A stretch of DNA of 27,413 bases from an uncultured bacterium (GCA_963977445.1 CAXBPH010000078.1:1-27413), one strand, 5' to 3'; positions 17,364 through 27,183 are shown, counted from the first letter of the stretch. The notes: generated by a model not told the origin, from the letters alone. Program-made: numbers and translations.

Positions 17364-18419
17364 ATGAATACGACAACCGCTTGTTTTGCGGCACCCGCGT
17401 CTAAAGTAGCGCTAATCGCGTTAATTCTTCTCGCTGGCTGTGCCACCGATCCCAAAACGACTTCTTCTGGTGGGAGTCTGCCAACGGATTCGACCGAAAA
17501 CTCGGAATCGGCACCGAAAGCCGGCATGTCACGTGGACGGATGACGGTAAATGGTGCATCCTACGATTCGCTCGGAAAACTGGTGCGGGCCGTTGGTGAA
17601 ACGGCTGGAGAGGGGGGCTTGGTACTCGTCGCAGGACTGGAGGAATGGCCTTCACCATCGATTTCGGTAGAGCGGGCGACCTACCACAACGGTATCTCCA
17701 GGTTGGTGGCACCGTCCAATCTTAAGGTATTTGATGGGGAAGCCTACCAGTTCATTTATCCGCCGGGATACGAAACACTCCTTGATGTAACGCTGGGGGA
17801 CACCGTGGCCCCACGGTTTCAATCCCTCCGGGCGACCTATGCGGTAGGTGCCGGCACCGACCTGTTTAACGCGCTGGCCCTGCTGAGCGAAACACTGGGA
17901 TTCACCGTGCTGGCGGACAATGAGATTGCCGATGCCTGGTGCGGGGAGCTGTTTCTTTGCGATGCACCGGCCCCCTCAATCCTGGAGGCGCTGCTTCGTT
18001 CCGCACGAATCGTCCCGGGCTCCATTGTGGTGGAGAATTCAGATTCCTACATCTTTATACGTTCCGCCCGAAATAAGGCTCCCCTGGACACCTGTGTAAA
18101 TCGTGACACCCTGTCGGCCGAAGCCGCTGCGATGTTGACCAAACAGGTAAACCTTCAATTGCCCCGCAACAAACCAAACCTTCAATTTCAAAATCGTGCG
18201 GCACCTATCAAGTCCGTTATTGATGACATGTCCAGGCAACTCGGGGTTTCTGTGGTCGTCTCTCCTGAGATGGCGGCGTTCCCGATTAACCCGGCGGTAT
18301 TTAGTGACATGAATTTGTCCGACGTCTTGAATCTAATAGTGCGTCAGTGGCCCGAAGCGGACTTCGGCTATCGCGTTACCCGTGATCAGGTACAGTTTTG
18401 TATGCGGGTTCGGGGGTGA
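17364..18419 (+). CDS. Hypothetical lipoprotein with possible STN/secretin-N-like repeats
   Basis: Lipobox LAGC; S/T-rich tether; repeated pattern 'L..L...LG..V...' then 'L..LL/VL.LI'. The domain call is tentative. Confidence 0.72.
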   Translation: MNTTTACFAAPASKVALIALILLAGCATDPKTTSSGGSLPTDSTENSESAPKAGMSRGRMTVNGASYDSLGKLVRAVGETAGEGGLVLVAGLEEWPSPSISVERATYHNGISRLVAPSNLKVFDGEAYQFIYPPGYETLLDVTLGDTVAPRFQSLRATYAVGAGTDLFNALALLSETLGFTVLADNEIADAWCGELFLCDAPAPSILEALLRSARIVPGSIVVENSDSYIFIRSARNKAPLDTCVNRDTLSAEAAAMLTKQVNLQLPRNKPNLQFQNRAAPIKSVIDDMSRQLGVSVVVSPEMAAFPINPAVFSDMNLSDVLNLIVRQWPEADFGYRVTRDQVQFCMRVRG

Positions 18420-18646
18420 GCTGCGGTGGTCTTCGTCGGGTTGACGGCAAAGAATTTTTCGGGATCAGCCCGAGGGTGTTCAGGCACGACACAGGGAGAA
18501 TGTGGTACCATCACGGTACCATCGGCGATGGGGCTATTCGGGGAATTATTGTTACGTATGATGGTGGTATCGCTCTTGCTACGTGTTGAAAATGCGGGGC
18601 TGTGGTACCGGGAAAGTAGTTTTCATCTCGTCCGGAGAGTATTGTT

Positions 18647-20854
18647 TTGCACCGCCCTTTGTGGAAAAAACTGATTCGCCTACCCAAAGAGCAGACTGGA
18701 TTTGTCGAAGGCGCTGCGACGCTGTTGACTGCCCTGATGTTCGTCTTGTCCTATTTTTCCCGATCGTTGGATTTGTATACCGAGACGGAAATGCAAGGAC
18801 TGTTTCTATTCGGAGCCACCGTCTTGTGTGGCATCGTGATATACGGGGTTCTCGTTCGTCACTTCATACCATTCATCTCCCACATGATTGTGGTCGGTGC
18901 CAGTATGATTATTCTCTCGCGCGTATCGGCATTGTTGTCCCGAATACCTTCCCTGTCACACCTTCCAATTATCGGGCCCGAGGGGCGGGGCTATCTTGTC
19001 CATCACGATGACATGCTGCTCTATCCGGGGTTTATCCTCATGTTGGGCGGCTTCTATCTTGCCATTCTTCACGCGGGCCAACTACGGCAGGCCCTCCTTC
19101 GTGAAGGTGGCGAAAAAGAGATGGCGCTGGAGCGAAGCGAGGAGAGCGCGACGACCCTCGCACGACGGGTGGCCTTTGAAAACCTGGCCACCGGCATCTC
19201 AACCCGTTTTCTCAATCTGTCGCAAGATGAAATTGCGCGGGAGATGAATCGCTCCTTGGAAGAATTGGGCCAGTTCGCCAATGTGGATCGTGCCTATATC
19301 ACCTTCTCCCGACTCGATAAATCGGGCGTCGGCGAAAATTTTGATTGGCATGGGCCGGGCCTGAAGCCCTTCGACGACGAAATCCTGAGCGTCGCGCCAG
19401 AAAATTTTCCCTGGGCCATTAAAGTCCTGGGTAAAGGCGAAACGATCGCCGTGCACTGTCTGTCCGATCTGCCTGACGCGGCCCATTTAGAGGTCCAATG
19501 GTTTGCCCGACAAGAGATCAAGTCGATTATCATTGTGCCCATCATCTCCAATCGGAAGCTCCGGGGCTATATCGGGTTTGACAGCGTCACCCGGGAAATT
19601 GCCTGGCATGATGAAATGGAACCACTACTCCGCGTAATCGGTGAAATTCTCCTGAGCGTCTGGGACCGACGCTGCGCCGATCAACAGCGCAATTTGCTTG
19701 AAATGCAGGTTCAGCAAGCCCAGAAACTGGAAAGTCTCGGGGTGATGGCCGGTGGTATCGCCCACGATTTCAACAACCTCCTCACGGGTATCATGGGAAA
19801 TACAGAATTGGCCCAGCTGGATATGGCCGAAGACTCCAATGGGTATCGATACCTTGAAGGCGTGCTCCAATCCTCCCGTCGCGCCGCAGAGCTCTGCAGA
19901 CAAATGCTTGCATACGCCGGACGTGGAAAATTCGTGACCCAGTCTATTGAGCTGAACCGACTGATTAACGACATGCTGCCCTTGCTTCAGGCATCGGCAT
20001 CCCGCCGCACCGAATTTCAATTTGATCTCGCCGAAGATCTGCCACCGGTCAATGGTGATATGGGGCAGTTTCGCCAGATCATGGGAAACCTGGTGACGAA
20101 CGCCGCCGAATCTCTGGGCGATCAAGTGGGCACGGTATTCGTCCAGACAGGTGTTCGCCGCTGCGACGAGAGTTTTTTCCGCGGCACCTATCTTGCCGAT
20201 GCCCTGCCACCGGGTGAATACGTCTTTCTGGAAATAAAAGATACAGGCTCGGGTATGGAAGAGCACGTTAAGGAAAGGATTTTCGAGCCTTTTTTTACGA
20301 CCCGATTCGCCGGTCGTGGCTTGGGCTTGCCTGCTGTGCTGGGTATCGTGCGGGGGCATCGTGGCACCTTGACACTCGAAAGTGAAGTCGGCGTAGGCAC
20401 GTCAATTAAATTGTATTTCCCGGTGAAGACCGTGGGCTCCGCCAGCTGGCTGGTGACGGGTGAAGTGCAGGGTGACTGGCACGGACACGGTACCGTGCTC
20501 ATCGCCGATGACGAAGATATGATTCTCTCCGTGGGCACCATGATGTTGCGGCATCTGGGACTCAACGTGGTCACGGCAACCAATGGCAACGAAGTCCTGG
20601 AGCGCGCCCAGACACACATCGAGAGTCTTCAGTGCATTATTCTGGACTATGAGATGCCCGGAACCGAGTGCAATGATGTTTGCTCCAAATTAAAATCGGA
20701 GTTGCCCGATGTGCCTATCGTCGTGTCAAGCGGTCATGCGCAACGTGACCTTATCGGCCATTTTGATGACAAGATGATCGCGGCCTTCCTTCCCAAGCCC
20801 TTCGAGCTTGCGGGGCTTCAGGCCGTACTGCGCGAGATACTCACCCCGGTCTGA
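18647..20854 (+). CDS. Membrane-bound hybrid sensor kinase (TM-GAF-HisKA-HATPase-REC, CckA-like core)
   Basis: About 4 N-terminal TM helices; GAF (IKSIIIVPI...GYIGFD); GGIAHDFNNLL; NLVTNAAE; DTGSGM; IFEPFFTT; GRGLGL; receiver LIADDE, ILDYEMP, FLPKPF. Confidence 0.94.
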   Translation: MHRPLWKKLIRLPKEQTGFVEGAATLLTALMFVLSYFSRSLDLYTETEMQGLFLFGATVLCGIVIYGVLVRHFIPFISHMIVVGASMIILSRVSALLSRIPSLSHLPIIGPEGRGYLVHHDDMLLYPGFILMLGGFYLAILHAGQLRQALLREGGEKEMALERSEESATTLARRVAFENLATGISTRFLNLSQDEIAREMNRSLEELGQFANVDRAYITFSRLDKSGVGENFDWHGPGLKPFDDEILSVAPENFPWAIKVLGKGETIAVHCLSDLPDAAHLEVQWFARQEIKSIIIVPIISNRKLRGYIGFDSVTREIAWHDEMEPLLRVIGEILLSVWDRRCADQQRNLLEMQVQQAQKLESLGVMAGGIAHDFNNLLTGIMGNTELAQLDMAEDSNGYRYLEGVLQSSRRAAELCRQMLAYAGRGKFVTQSIELNRLINDMLPLLQASASRRTEFQFDLAEDLPPVNGDMGQFRQIMGNLVTNAAESLGDQVGTVFVQTGVRRCDESFFRGTYLADALPPGEYVFLEIKDTGSGMEEHVKERIFEPFFTTRFAGRGLGLPAVLGIVRGHRGTLTLESEVGVGTSIKLYFPVKTVGSASWLVTGEVQGDWHGHGTVLIADDEDMILSVGTMMLRHLGLNVVTATNGNEVLERAQTHIESLQCIILDYEMPGTECNDVCSKLKSELPDVPIVVSSGHAQRDLIGHFDDKMIAAFLPKPFELAGLQAVLREILTPV

Positions 20855-20881
20855 GCAAGATGCCCTGACCATAAGATACCG

Positions 20882-21499
20882 TTAACCGATGGGCAACTTT
20901 GCCAGGAATGCGGTCGCCCGTTCCTGCATCTCGATGGCCAACTCGTCAACCCGCTTGCTGTAAATGCCGTGAAAAGTCAGGGCAGGAATGGCGACACAAA
21001 GGCCGGCGATGGTGGTAACCAACGCTTTGGAAATACCATCCGCCAGTACTTGTGGGTTGCCCAAGCCTTCCGCGGTAATTGCATCAAAGACGGAAACCAT
21101 GCCCAACACCGTGCCCAGCAATCCGATGAGTGGGCTGATACCTGCGATGATTTCGAGGAGCGTCAGGCCCCGTTCCAATTTGCCCACATGGGTGCGGCCT
21201 ACGGCGTGCATCGTTTCCAGAAGTTGGGCGTGGGTCAGATGGCGCAACTGAATTAATTCCTCGGCGATGCGGGCAAAGGCCCCCCGAGAGTGCTTGCAGA
21301 TAGCGAGCATATGCGAAATGGTCGTGCCGTTGTCGTGGCCATATTCATGGAGTATACGAACTATCTCCGGGGCGATGACTCGGTCTCGGCGCAGGGCAAA
21401 TGCCCGTTCGATAATGACCGTCAGGGTGACCACGGAGCAGAAGGCCAACGGAAACATGGGCCACCCGCCCTGACGAAACATTTCGATATATTCACTCAT
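20882..21499 (-). CDS. MotA/TolQ/ExbB proton channel family protein
   Basis: GGWPMFPL; ISPLIGLLGTVLGMVSVF; LADGISKALVTTIAGLCVAIPAL. Confidence 0.93.
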   Translation of the reverse strand: MSEYIEMFRQGGWPMFPLAFCSVVTLTVIIERAFALRRDRVIAPEIVRILHEYGHDNGTTISHMLAICKHSRGAFARIAEELIQLRHLTHAQLLETMHAVGRTHVGKLERGLTLLEIIAGISPLIGLLGTVLGMVSVFDAITAEGLGNPQVLADGISKALVTTIAGLCVAIPALTFHGIYSKRVDELAIEMQERATAFLAKLPIG

Positions 21500-21582
21500 T
21501 GAGAATTCCTTCTACGAAAAGCTGCTATTATTCGGGGAGCGTACCAGCGCATCGCCAGAACGACGGACAGCACCGGCTCTCC

Positions 21583-22527
21583 CTATAGAAAACTGAATGT
21601 CCACCGTATTTCCAGGTTCTTGTCGCGGTAAATATCCGGAACCTGAAAGGGGAAGGCACCAAAAGGCCCGGCGCGCTTTACGGCATCCTGGCACAAGGAA
21701 CTATAGAGTTGGTCATTGTCGGTCCCGACCACCGTGACGGAAACCAAATTACCTTCGGGACTAATGGCACAATCAATGACCGCTTTCACGGGGGAGCTGC
21801 CAGAGTAGCGCGTGTAGAGCATCTCGTTCCACTCCCGCTCCACTTGTGCACGGACTTGCTTCAAGTAGGGGGCTATCTGACTTTGGATCGCCTGGAAGTT
21901 TGTTGCCCCTTCCCGTGCATAATTATTCTGCACACTGCTTCTTTCGGGGGACGGGCGTTGGGGCAGTGTCGCATCGGCCCGGGCAATCTTAATAATCTTT
22001 TCTTCGGCCTGAGCAACCTTCTCATGGTCCTCTGCCGGCGTCAGGATTCCCTCCATGGAGGATTCCATATCGGAATATTCTGGCGCAGAATTCTTTTCGG
22101 CCTCCGCCGCTTTTTCCTCGGTCTCCTCGGTTTCCTCTTCCGATTCTTCCTCAACGGGGGGCGTCGGTCGGGGCTGGGGCTCGGCAGCGGGGGAGGGGGC
22201 TGCGGCCAACTGATCAAACTGGTCCGGCGCCAGATCGGGCGAAGGTGCATTCCCGTCATCCGGGGCATCGTCCATAGCTTCGGCGTTTTCTTCGGCGATC
22301 AGTGGCGAAGGGGGCGTCATTTCAGGCGATGGCGTCGCGACATCGACCAACTGCACCCGCTCCCGTGGGCTGGGTGCATCGGGTTGCAGGTCGATTTCTA
22401 TGGGCGCAGGCTTCAACACTACCGGTGTCGGCGCAGGCCGCGGTTGGTAGTGCCACAGGGCCAGTGCCGCCAGGTGCAGCAGGAGCGAGAGTATCGCCGC
22501 GATCTGTATACGTCTTGAATAGTTCAT
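21583..22527 (-). CDS. TonB/TolA-like energy transducer
   Basis: N-terminal TM with SLLLH motif; Pro/Glu-rich linker; C-terminal TonB_C-like domain (YLKQVRAQVEREW, ISPEGNL, AVKRAGPFGAFP). Confidence 0.85.
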   Translation of the reverse strand: MNYSRRIQIAAILSLLLHLAALALWHYQPRPAPTPVVLKPAPIEIDLQPDAPSPRERVQLVDVATPSPEMTPPSPLIAEENAEAMDDAPDDGNAPSPDLAPDQFDQLAAAPSPAAEPQPRPTPPVEEESEEETEETEEKAAEAEKNSAPEYSDMESSMEGILTPAEDHEKVAQAEEKIIKIARADATLPQRPSPERSSVQNNYAREGATNFQAIQSQIAPYLKQVRAQVEREWNEMLYTRYSGSSPVKAVIDCAISPEGNLVSVTVVGTDNDQLYSSLCQDAVKRAGPFGAFPFQVPDIYRDKNLEIRWTFSFL

Positions 22528-22691
22528 GGGTCCCTGGGCCGCCTCGCTGGATTGTAGCAAATCATCGCCCCTGAGCACACGATAATCAATCCCGGATATT
22601 GTTGTCAGTGTGAGGAACATGGGCTATAATGATTCCTTTGCAGCTTCTACTTGGGGTAATTGCTGCAACGGTAACGGGAGAAGAGGTATTC

Positions 22692-24527
22692 ATGCGACAC
22701 GGCGCTAGCCTTATGGCCTCATTGGAGGGAATGAGCCAGTCAGCCTATCGCATCGCCAAAGAGCTGACCAGTAATAGTCGCTCCGGCCTTACAGTGCGAT
22801 TTCTTGCGAAAAAGTTGGAGTTCCCCCCGGAAGAGGTGGAATATCTTATCGATGTCCACGAACGCCTTTTTTATACGGACCTCACCAAAGTAAAAATCGT
22901 GGCAGAAGGCCACAATGCCGTTAAGCGGATTGACGAGGGGTTAGAGAGTCGCGGAGACATTCCCTCCCTCGTCGAAAGAATCCGCGGGGCCACACCCCAT
23001 GACTTTCGCTGTATCGAAGAGCGGCTGGGGCTGGACGAGCCCAGTACAAAGCGTGCAGCGGCCGACGCGGTGATCGAGCGCTACTATCACTCCCCCGATG
23101 CCATCCTTACCCATGTAGGGGCCGGCGACTTCTCCGAGACGGCCCGTGAAGTGTTCGATATCGTCTGGCAGTCGAAGGATGGCGTGCTTCCCGTTTCCCA
23201 ATTACAGGCGCTTCACGGCGGCTCTTCGTATGAAGTGGAGCGGGCGCTGATTGAACTCTTCGACGGATTCGCCCTCTTTGAGATGTTTCGTTTCGACACG
23301 GAAAAACGTCTCATCCGGGTGATTGGCCTCCTGAATGAAGTGCGCGCTCACCGGCAGTTTGACGGCGATTCCGACAAGGGACTTCCCCGACTGAAGACGG
23401 TGCGGGGAAAGCCGGAACAGCCGGAAGATCGGGCACTCCGTTTTTCTGAGGTCATCTGTCGCCTGGTGGCGGCCATCGCGGCCCGACCGGCCCGACTTCG
23501 GGGGGATGGTGAGCTCTTTCGCGAAGATCGTCGACGTTTGGAGGCGGTTTGTCCGGAAGATGCCGAGCCTTCACTCAACACCTGTCTCTGGGTGGCCGAA
23601 GGTGTCGCTTGGCTACGCCGGCAGGAAAACACGTTGTGCGCGGGTGACCTTGAATCCCGGATTGGTCTGGAACGTGTCCATCGGCACCTGACCCTGTGTG
23701 ATTGGATCCTTAACCAGGGCGAAGACGTGGCCGCACGAAATATGCTGGCAAAGTACGTCGACGAAATAAAGTCGGGCGCCTGGTATCGGGTACACGAGTT
23801 TACGAAATTTATCGTGGGCCTTCACGCAGACAAAGAACAATTGAAACTGCGACAACAGAATGGTCACTGGGTCTATGTGAATCCCAATGTCTCCGACCAG
23901 GCAGGAAGTCGACTGTCCCGGGCCATCCAGGAGACCTTTTTCTGGCTGGGGCTCGTTGAAAAAGACCTTCGAAGCGACGAAATCGTCTTCCGCATTACCG
24001 ACCTCGGCGAAGCCGTTCTGCGGTGTGAAATTCCACCCTCGCTGGCCGCTGCCTTTCCGCCGCGCAAAGGGGAGTTTGTGGTCCAGCCCAATTTCGACAT
24101 CGTTGTTTCTACCGATGATATGGATCCCCTGCTGACGGTGCCCCTGGATCAGTTTGCCATTCGCGCAAGTTCGGGGCAGGCGACCGTCTACAACGTCAGT
24201 AAAGAGTCCTTTACCCAGGCCGTCCAGGACGGACACGATGCCGCCGCCTTCGTCGAATTTCTCCTTACCCATAATCGGGGTGGCAGTCTACCCGCCAATG
24301 TTATGACGACCCTCGAAGACTGGCGCGGCGGGATGAAACAGGTTCGCATTCGCACCATCCAGGTCGTGGAATCCGATGACCCCCTGGTAATCGCCGATCT
24401 CATTCACCGTAAGAAATTTCAGGAGTTCCTGACACCCCTCGACGGTCGACAGGTGGTTAAGGCCACCGGGATCGAGCGAGATGACCTGATTCGACAACTC
24501 GAAAAAGAAGGTTTTATCGTCGAATAG
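22692..24527 (+). CDS. Helicase-associated domain protein (XPB/Ssl2 N-terminal-like domain at the C-terminus)
   Basis: VVQPNFDIVV...LDQFA...YNVSKESFTQAVQDG...FLLTH...LPANVMTTLEDW pattern; no Walker A or DEAH motif seen. Start uncertain (22629, 22692 or 22713). Confidence 0.82.
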   Translation: MRHGASLMASLEGMSQSAYRIAKELTSNSRSGLTVRFLAKKLEFPPEEVEYLIDVHERLFYTDLTKVKIVAEGHNAVKRIDEGLESRGDIPSLVERIRGATPHDFRCIEERLGLDEPSTKRAAADAVIERYYHSPDAILTHVGAGDFSETAREVFDIVWQSKDGVLPVSQLQALHGGSSYEVERALIELFDGFALFEMFRFDTEKRLIRVIGLLNEVRAHRQFDGDSDKGLPRLKTVRGKPEQPEDRALRFSEVICRLVAAIAARPARLRGDGELFREDRRRLEAVCPEDAEPSLNTCLWVAEGVAWLRRQENTLCAGDLESRIGLERVHRHLTLCDWILNQGEDVAARNMLAKYVDEIKSGAWYRVHEFTKFIVGLHADKEQLKLRQQNGHWVYVNPNVSDQAGSRLSRAIQETFFWLGLVEKDLRSDEIVFRITDLGEAVLRCEIPPSLAAAFPPRKGEFVVQPNFDIVVSTDDMDPLLTVPLDQFAIRASSGQATVYNVSKESFTQAVQDGHDAAAFVEFLLTHNRGGSLPANVMTTLEDWRGGMKQVRIRTIQVVESDDPLVIADLIHRKKFQEFLTPLDGRQVVKATGIERDDLIRQLEKEGFIVE

Positions 24528-24620
24528 GTCCGACAACCGGCCTTTTCTTGTATTACCCGTGGGGCCTTTGCCACAATCACACCGTTACCGTGGGCAGTTT
24601 ACGTAGGAAGGAAACGGTCG

Positions 24621-25718
24621 TTGTCGGAAGGTAATCGTTATTACGTTTGGCCCGTGGCTGACGAACGTACCCTCACCCTGGCCATGCTACTGCTCATCGG
24701 CCTCTTCGCGATGGCAGTTTGGCTGGAGTTTTATCGCAGGCGCCGAGACCGGACCCTCCGACTTAAAGCGGAATGGCGTGCCGTGAAGGAGATCTGCGAT
24801 GACCGCGACTTGCTCCCCGAAGACTGGAAATTCCTTCGTGCCATCCTCGGCCAGTATGCGCCCGACCGTCCCTATCTGGCCATAACAAAACGTGGCCTTT
24901 TCGATGAGTGCGTGGCGCGGTATATCCACGCCACAGCGACGGGGAAAGAGGTCTCGACGTTTGTGGCCCGCGGAATACACCTGCGCGACATTCGCTCCCG
25001 GTTGGGGCTCGACTATGTGCCGTTTGGTCAGCGCATTCACACGACACGCTCCTTGCAAGTAAAGCAACGTCTCTCCGCTGCGCCCACTTCTGGAGCGCCC
25101 CCGGAATGGTTTCAGTTTGTGATCAGTGATGTAAACGAAGCTACCTTTTCCATGGTGTTACTGGACAGGGACGCGAAGCCAACATTTAAGGCTGGCGACA
25201 ACCTGAAATTCCGACTGTGGCGCGATGAAGATGCCCGGTACCTCTTCGAGACACAATTGTGGACCGTGAATTCGGAAGATGAGGTCTGGACCTTGCGGCA
25301 TGCCGATGCCATGACCCGAAACCAGTCCCGGGCCTATTTTCGGCTCCGTATCGATCAAAATGCGACCGTTGCCGTCTTAAATGCCTCCTTGAAGAATGAC
25401 TACGAAGGCATATATGAATGGCCCGCCGTTACCGAGGTGCGCGGTCGTATCACCAGCCTGAGTGGCGGGGGGATCGCGCTGGCCTTTCAACAGCCCATTC
25501 CGAAACAGGTCCTGCTGCGACTGGCCATGTCCCTGCCGGGGCAAAAAGAAACGACCACGGTCATCGTTCGTCCCATTGCTAGCCAGACCCAAACGGGAGG
25601 TCGGTGCCTTCTCCGAGGCATGTTTGTCGCCATGAGTGATGAAACCCGAGATGTAATAACCCGCTATGCGCTGTCCAAGCAAAAATTACCCAACAGCGGG
25701 GAAAAGGCCGATCACTGA
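24621..25718 (+). CDS. Membrane-anchored PilZ-domain (YcgR/flagellar-brake-like) protein
   Basis: N-terminal TM; PilZ switch QSRAYFR (RxxxR) and SLSGGG; C-terminal F..MSDETRDVITRY. Start uncertain. Confidence 0.82.
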   Translation: MSEGNRYYVWPVADERTLTLAMLLLIGLFAMAVWLEFYRRRRDRTLRLKAEWRAVKEICDDRDLLPEDWKFLRAILGQYAPDRPYLAITKRGLFDECVARYIHATATGKEVSTFVARGIHLRDIRSRLGLDYVPFGQRIHTTRSLQVKQRLSAAPTSGAPPEWFQFVISDVNEATFSMVLLDRDAKPTFKAGDNLKFRLWRDEDARYLFETQLWTVNSEDEVWTLRHADAMTRNQSRAYFRLRIDQNATVAVLNASLKNDYEGIYEWPAVTEVRGRITSLSGGGIALAFQQPIPKQVLLRLAMSLPGQKETTTVIVRPIASQTQTGGRCLLRGMFVAMSDETRDVITRYALSKQKLPNSGEKADH

Positions 25719-25740
25719 TCGCGCCACGAGGAATCGTTCT

Positions 25741-26487
25741 GTGCAGTTACTTTCCCATGCCGAAGCCGCGCTCAAGCGTAATTGGCGGGTCGTCTTTGCC
25801 TACATCGTGGCCACGGTTCTCCTGGTCACGGTCTACAGTTTCGTAATGTCCTGGCTCGAACTTGCCGTACCCAAGGACACGAATCCAAAGCCCTTCTGGT
25901 ACGTCTTGACGACATTATCCGCCGATCTCATCAAGGTCGTACTCATTACGATCTTCCAGTCGATAGCGTTTACCCTTATCGGGAGCGAGATGGACCGCCC
26001 GCTGTGGAAGTGCGACGGGTGGCGGGATGGACTGACCCGGTTCTTTACCCTGTGGTTTATCATCAACCTACTCTATGTAACGTCGGATAGACTGCCAGGC
26101 TCCTTGCCCGAAGCCTATCAGGTAGACACGGTGATGACCGTTCTATTGTTTCAATTGGGACTCACGGTCTTTGCGGTGCCTTTCGGTGCCTGCATCATGC
26201 ACGGCGGCGGGTTGCATTGGAAGGACGTGCCCCAGATGCTCGCACCCTTCTTCCGGCTCTTCCCCATGTCATTGGTCGCCATGTCTCTCGGATTCATGCA
26301 GTTCTTTGTTTTTGCCATCGTCATTATCACCTTTTCCCGGGAATCCCTGGAATCGCCCTGGCTTTGGGCTGTGGTGAATATACCCCTCATACTGCTGGAA
26401 TGCCTCGCCTTTGCCGTCATGTGGCTGGCCTGTATCCAATACAGAGATGTGGCCCCGGAAGAGGACAACGACGATTTCGATTTCTAA
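25741..26487 (+). CDS. Hypothetical multi-pass membrane protein
   Basis: About 6 hydrophobic segments and acidic tail EEDNDDFDF; GAGGA upstream of GTG 25741. Confidence 0.8.
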   Translation: MQLLSHAEAALKRNWRVVFAYIVATVLLVTVYSFVMSWLELAVPKDTNPKPFWYVLTTLSADLIKVVLITIFQSIAFTLIGSEMDRPLWKCDGWRDGLTRFFTLWFIINLLYVTSDRLPGSLPEAYQVDTVMTVLLFQLGLTVFAVPFGACIMHGGGLHWKDVPQMLAPFFRLFPMSLVAMSLGFMQFFVFAIVIITFSRESLESPWLWAVVNIPLILLECLAFAVMWLACIQYRDVAPEEDNDDFDF

Positions 26488-26593
26488 TTCCAAGCTAATC
26501 CACCGGCTCATCCGTTTCGTCGAGATTTTCTTCTGTTAGCTCAAGAAGTGTAATCTGTGCAGTGTTGCAGAATACGAGGGCGCGAAGCGCTAT

Positions 26594-26832
26594 TAGCCCC
26601 AGAGGGGCGGCATATCGTTGCCCAGGGCGATGCGAAGCAAGCCCTGGGATCGCGGACGAAACTCTCAGATAGCCCCAGAGGGGCGGCATAGAATTTTCCG
26701 AGATGGGATCCAATTCGCGCCCTATGTCGCCCCGCTGGGACTTGTATCGGCGTGTGTCGACCAAAACCCAGGACTCGCTACGCTCGCCGCTGGGCTACGA
26801 TATCTCGCCCACTTCGTGGACTTAACAGCCCC
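26594..26832. repeat. BIME-like pair of oppositely oriented REP-like units
   Basis: Exact 21-nt direct repeat TAGCCCCAGAGGGGCGGCATA (26594, 26670) around hairpin CCCAGGGC..GCCCTGGG; inverted related unit at 26721-26832. Confidence 0.85.
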
Positions 26833-26907
26833 TTTCAAAGGCCTTCCTCATACCACCGGCTCTGTCGGAGGTTGCTGATTAAGCGAAGATCCATCTCGGA
26901 CAATTTT

Positions 26908-27125
26908 TAAGACATTTGGTATCCAGCTTCGAGAATCGGAGTTATGGAGCGCCGTCGGCCCGACGGCATTACATCGAAGATGTACAAACAACATGCCTTC
27001 GACCCGGGCCGCCCTGCCGCCCTCTAAGACAATCGGTCGCCAGCTTCCTGAATGGGAGTTATGGAGCGCCGTCGGCCCGTCGGCATTATATCGAAGATGT
27101 GAAAACAACATGCCTTCAGCCCGGG
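26908..27125. repeat. Tandem duplication, 117-bp period, two copies
   Basis: TAAGACA at 26908/27025 and GGAGTTATGGAGCGCCGTCGGCCCG at 26938/27055; about 100 nt similar per copy. Confidence 0.9.
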
Positions 27126-27183
27126 TTAGACGCGTGCCTTCGGCGCTGAAAAGAACGTGATTGCCCTGCCGCTATTTTTACCT

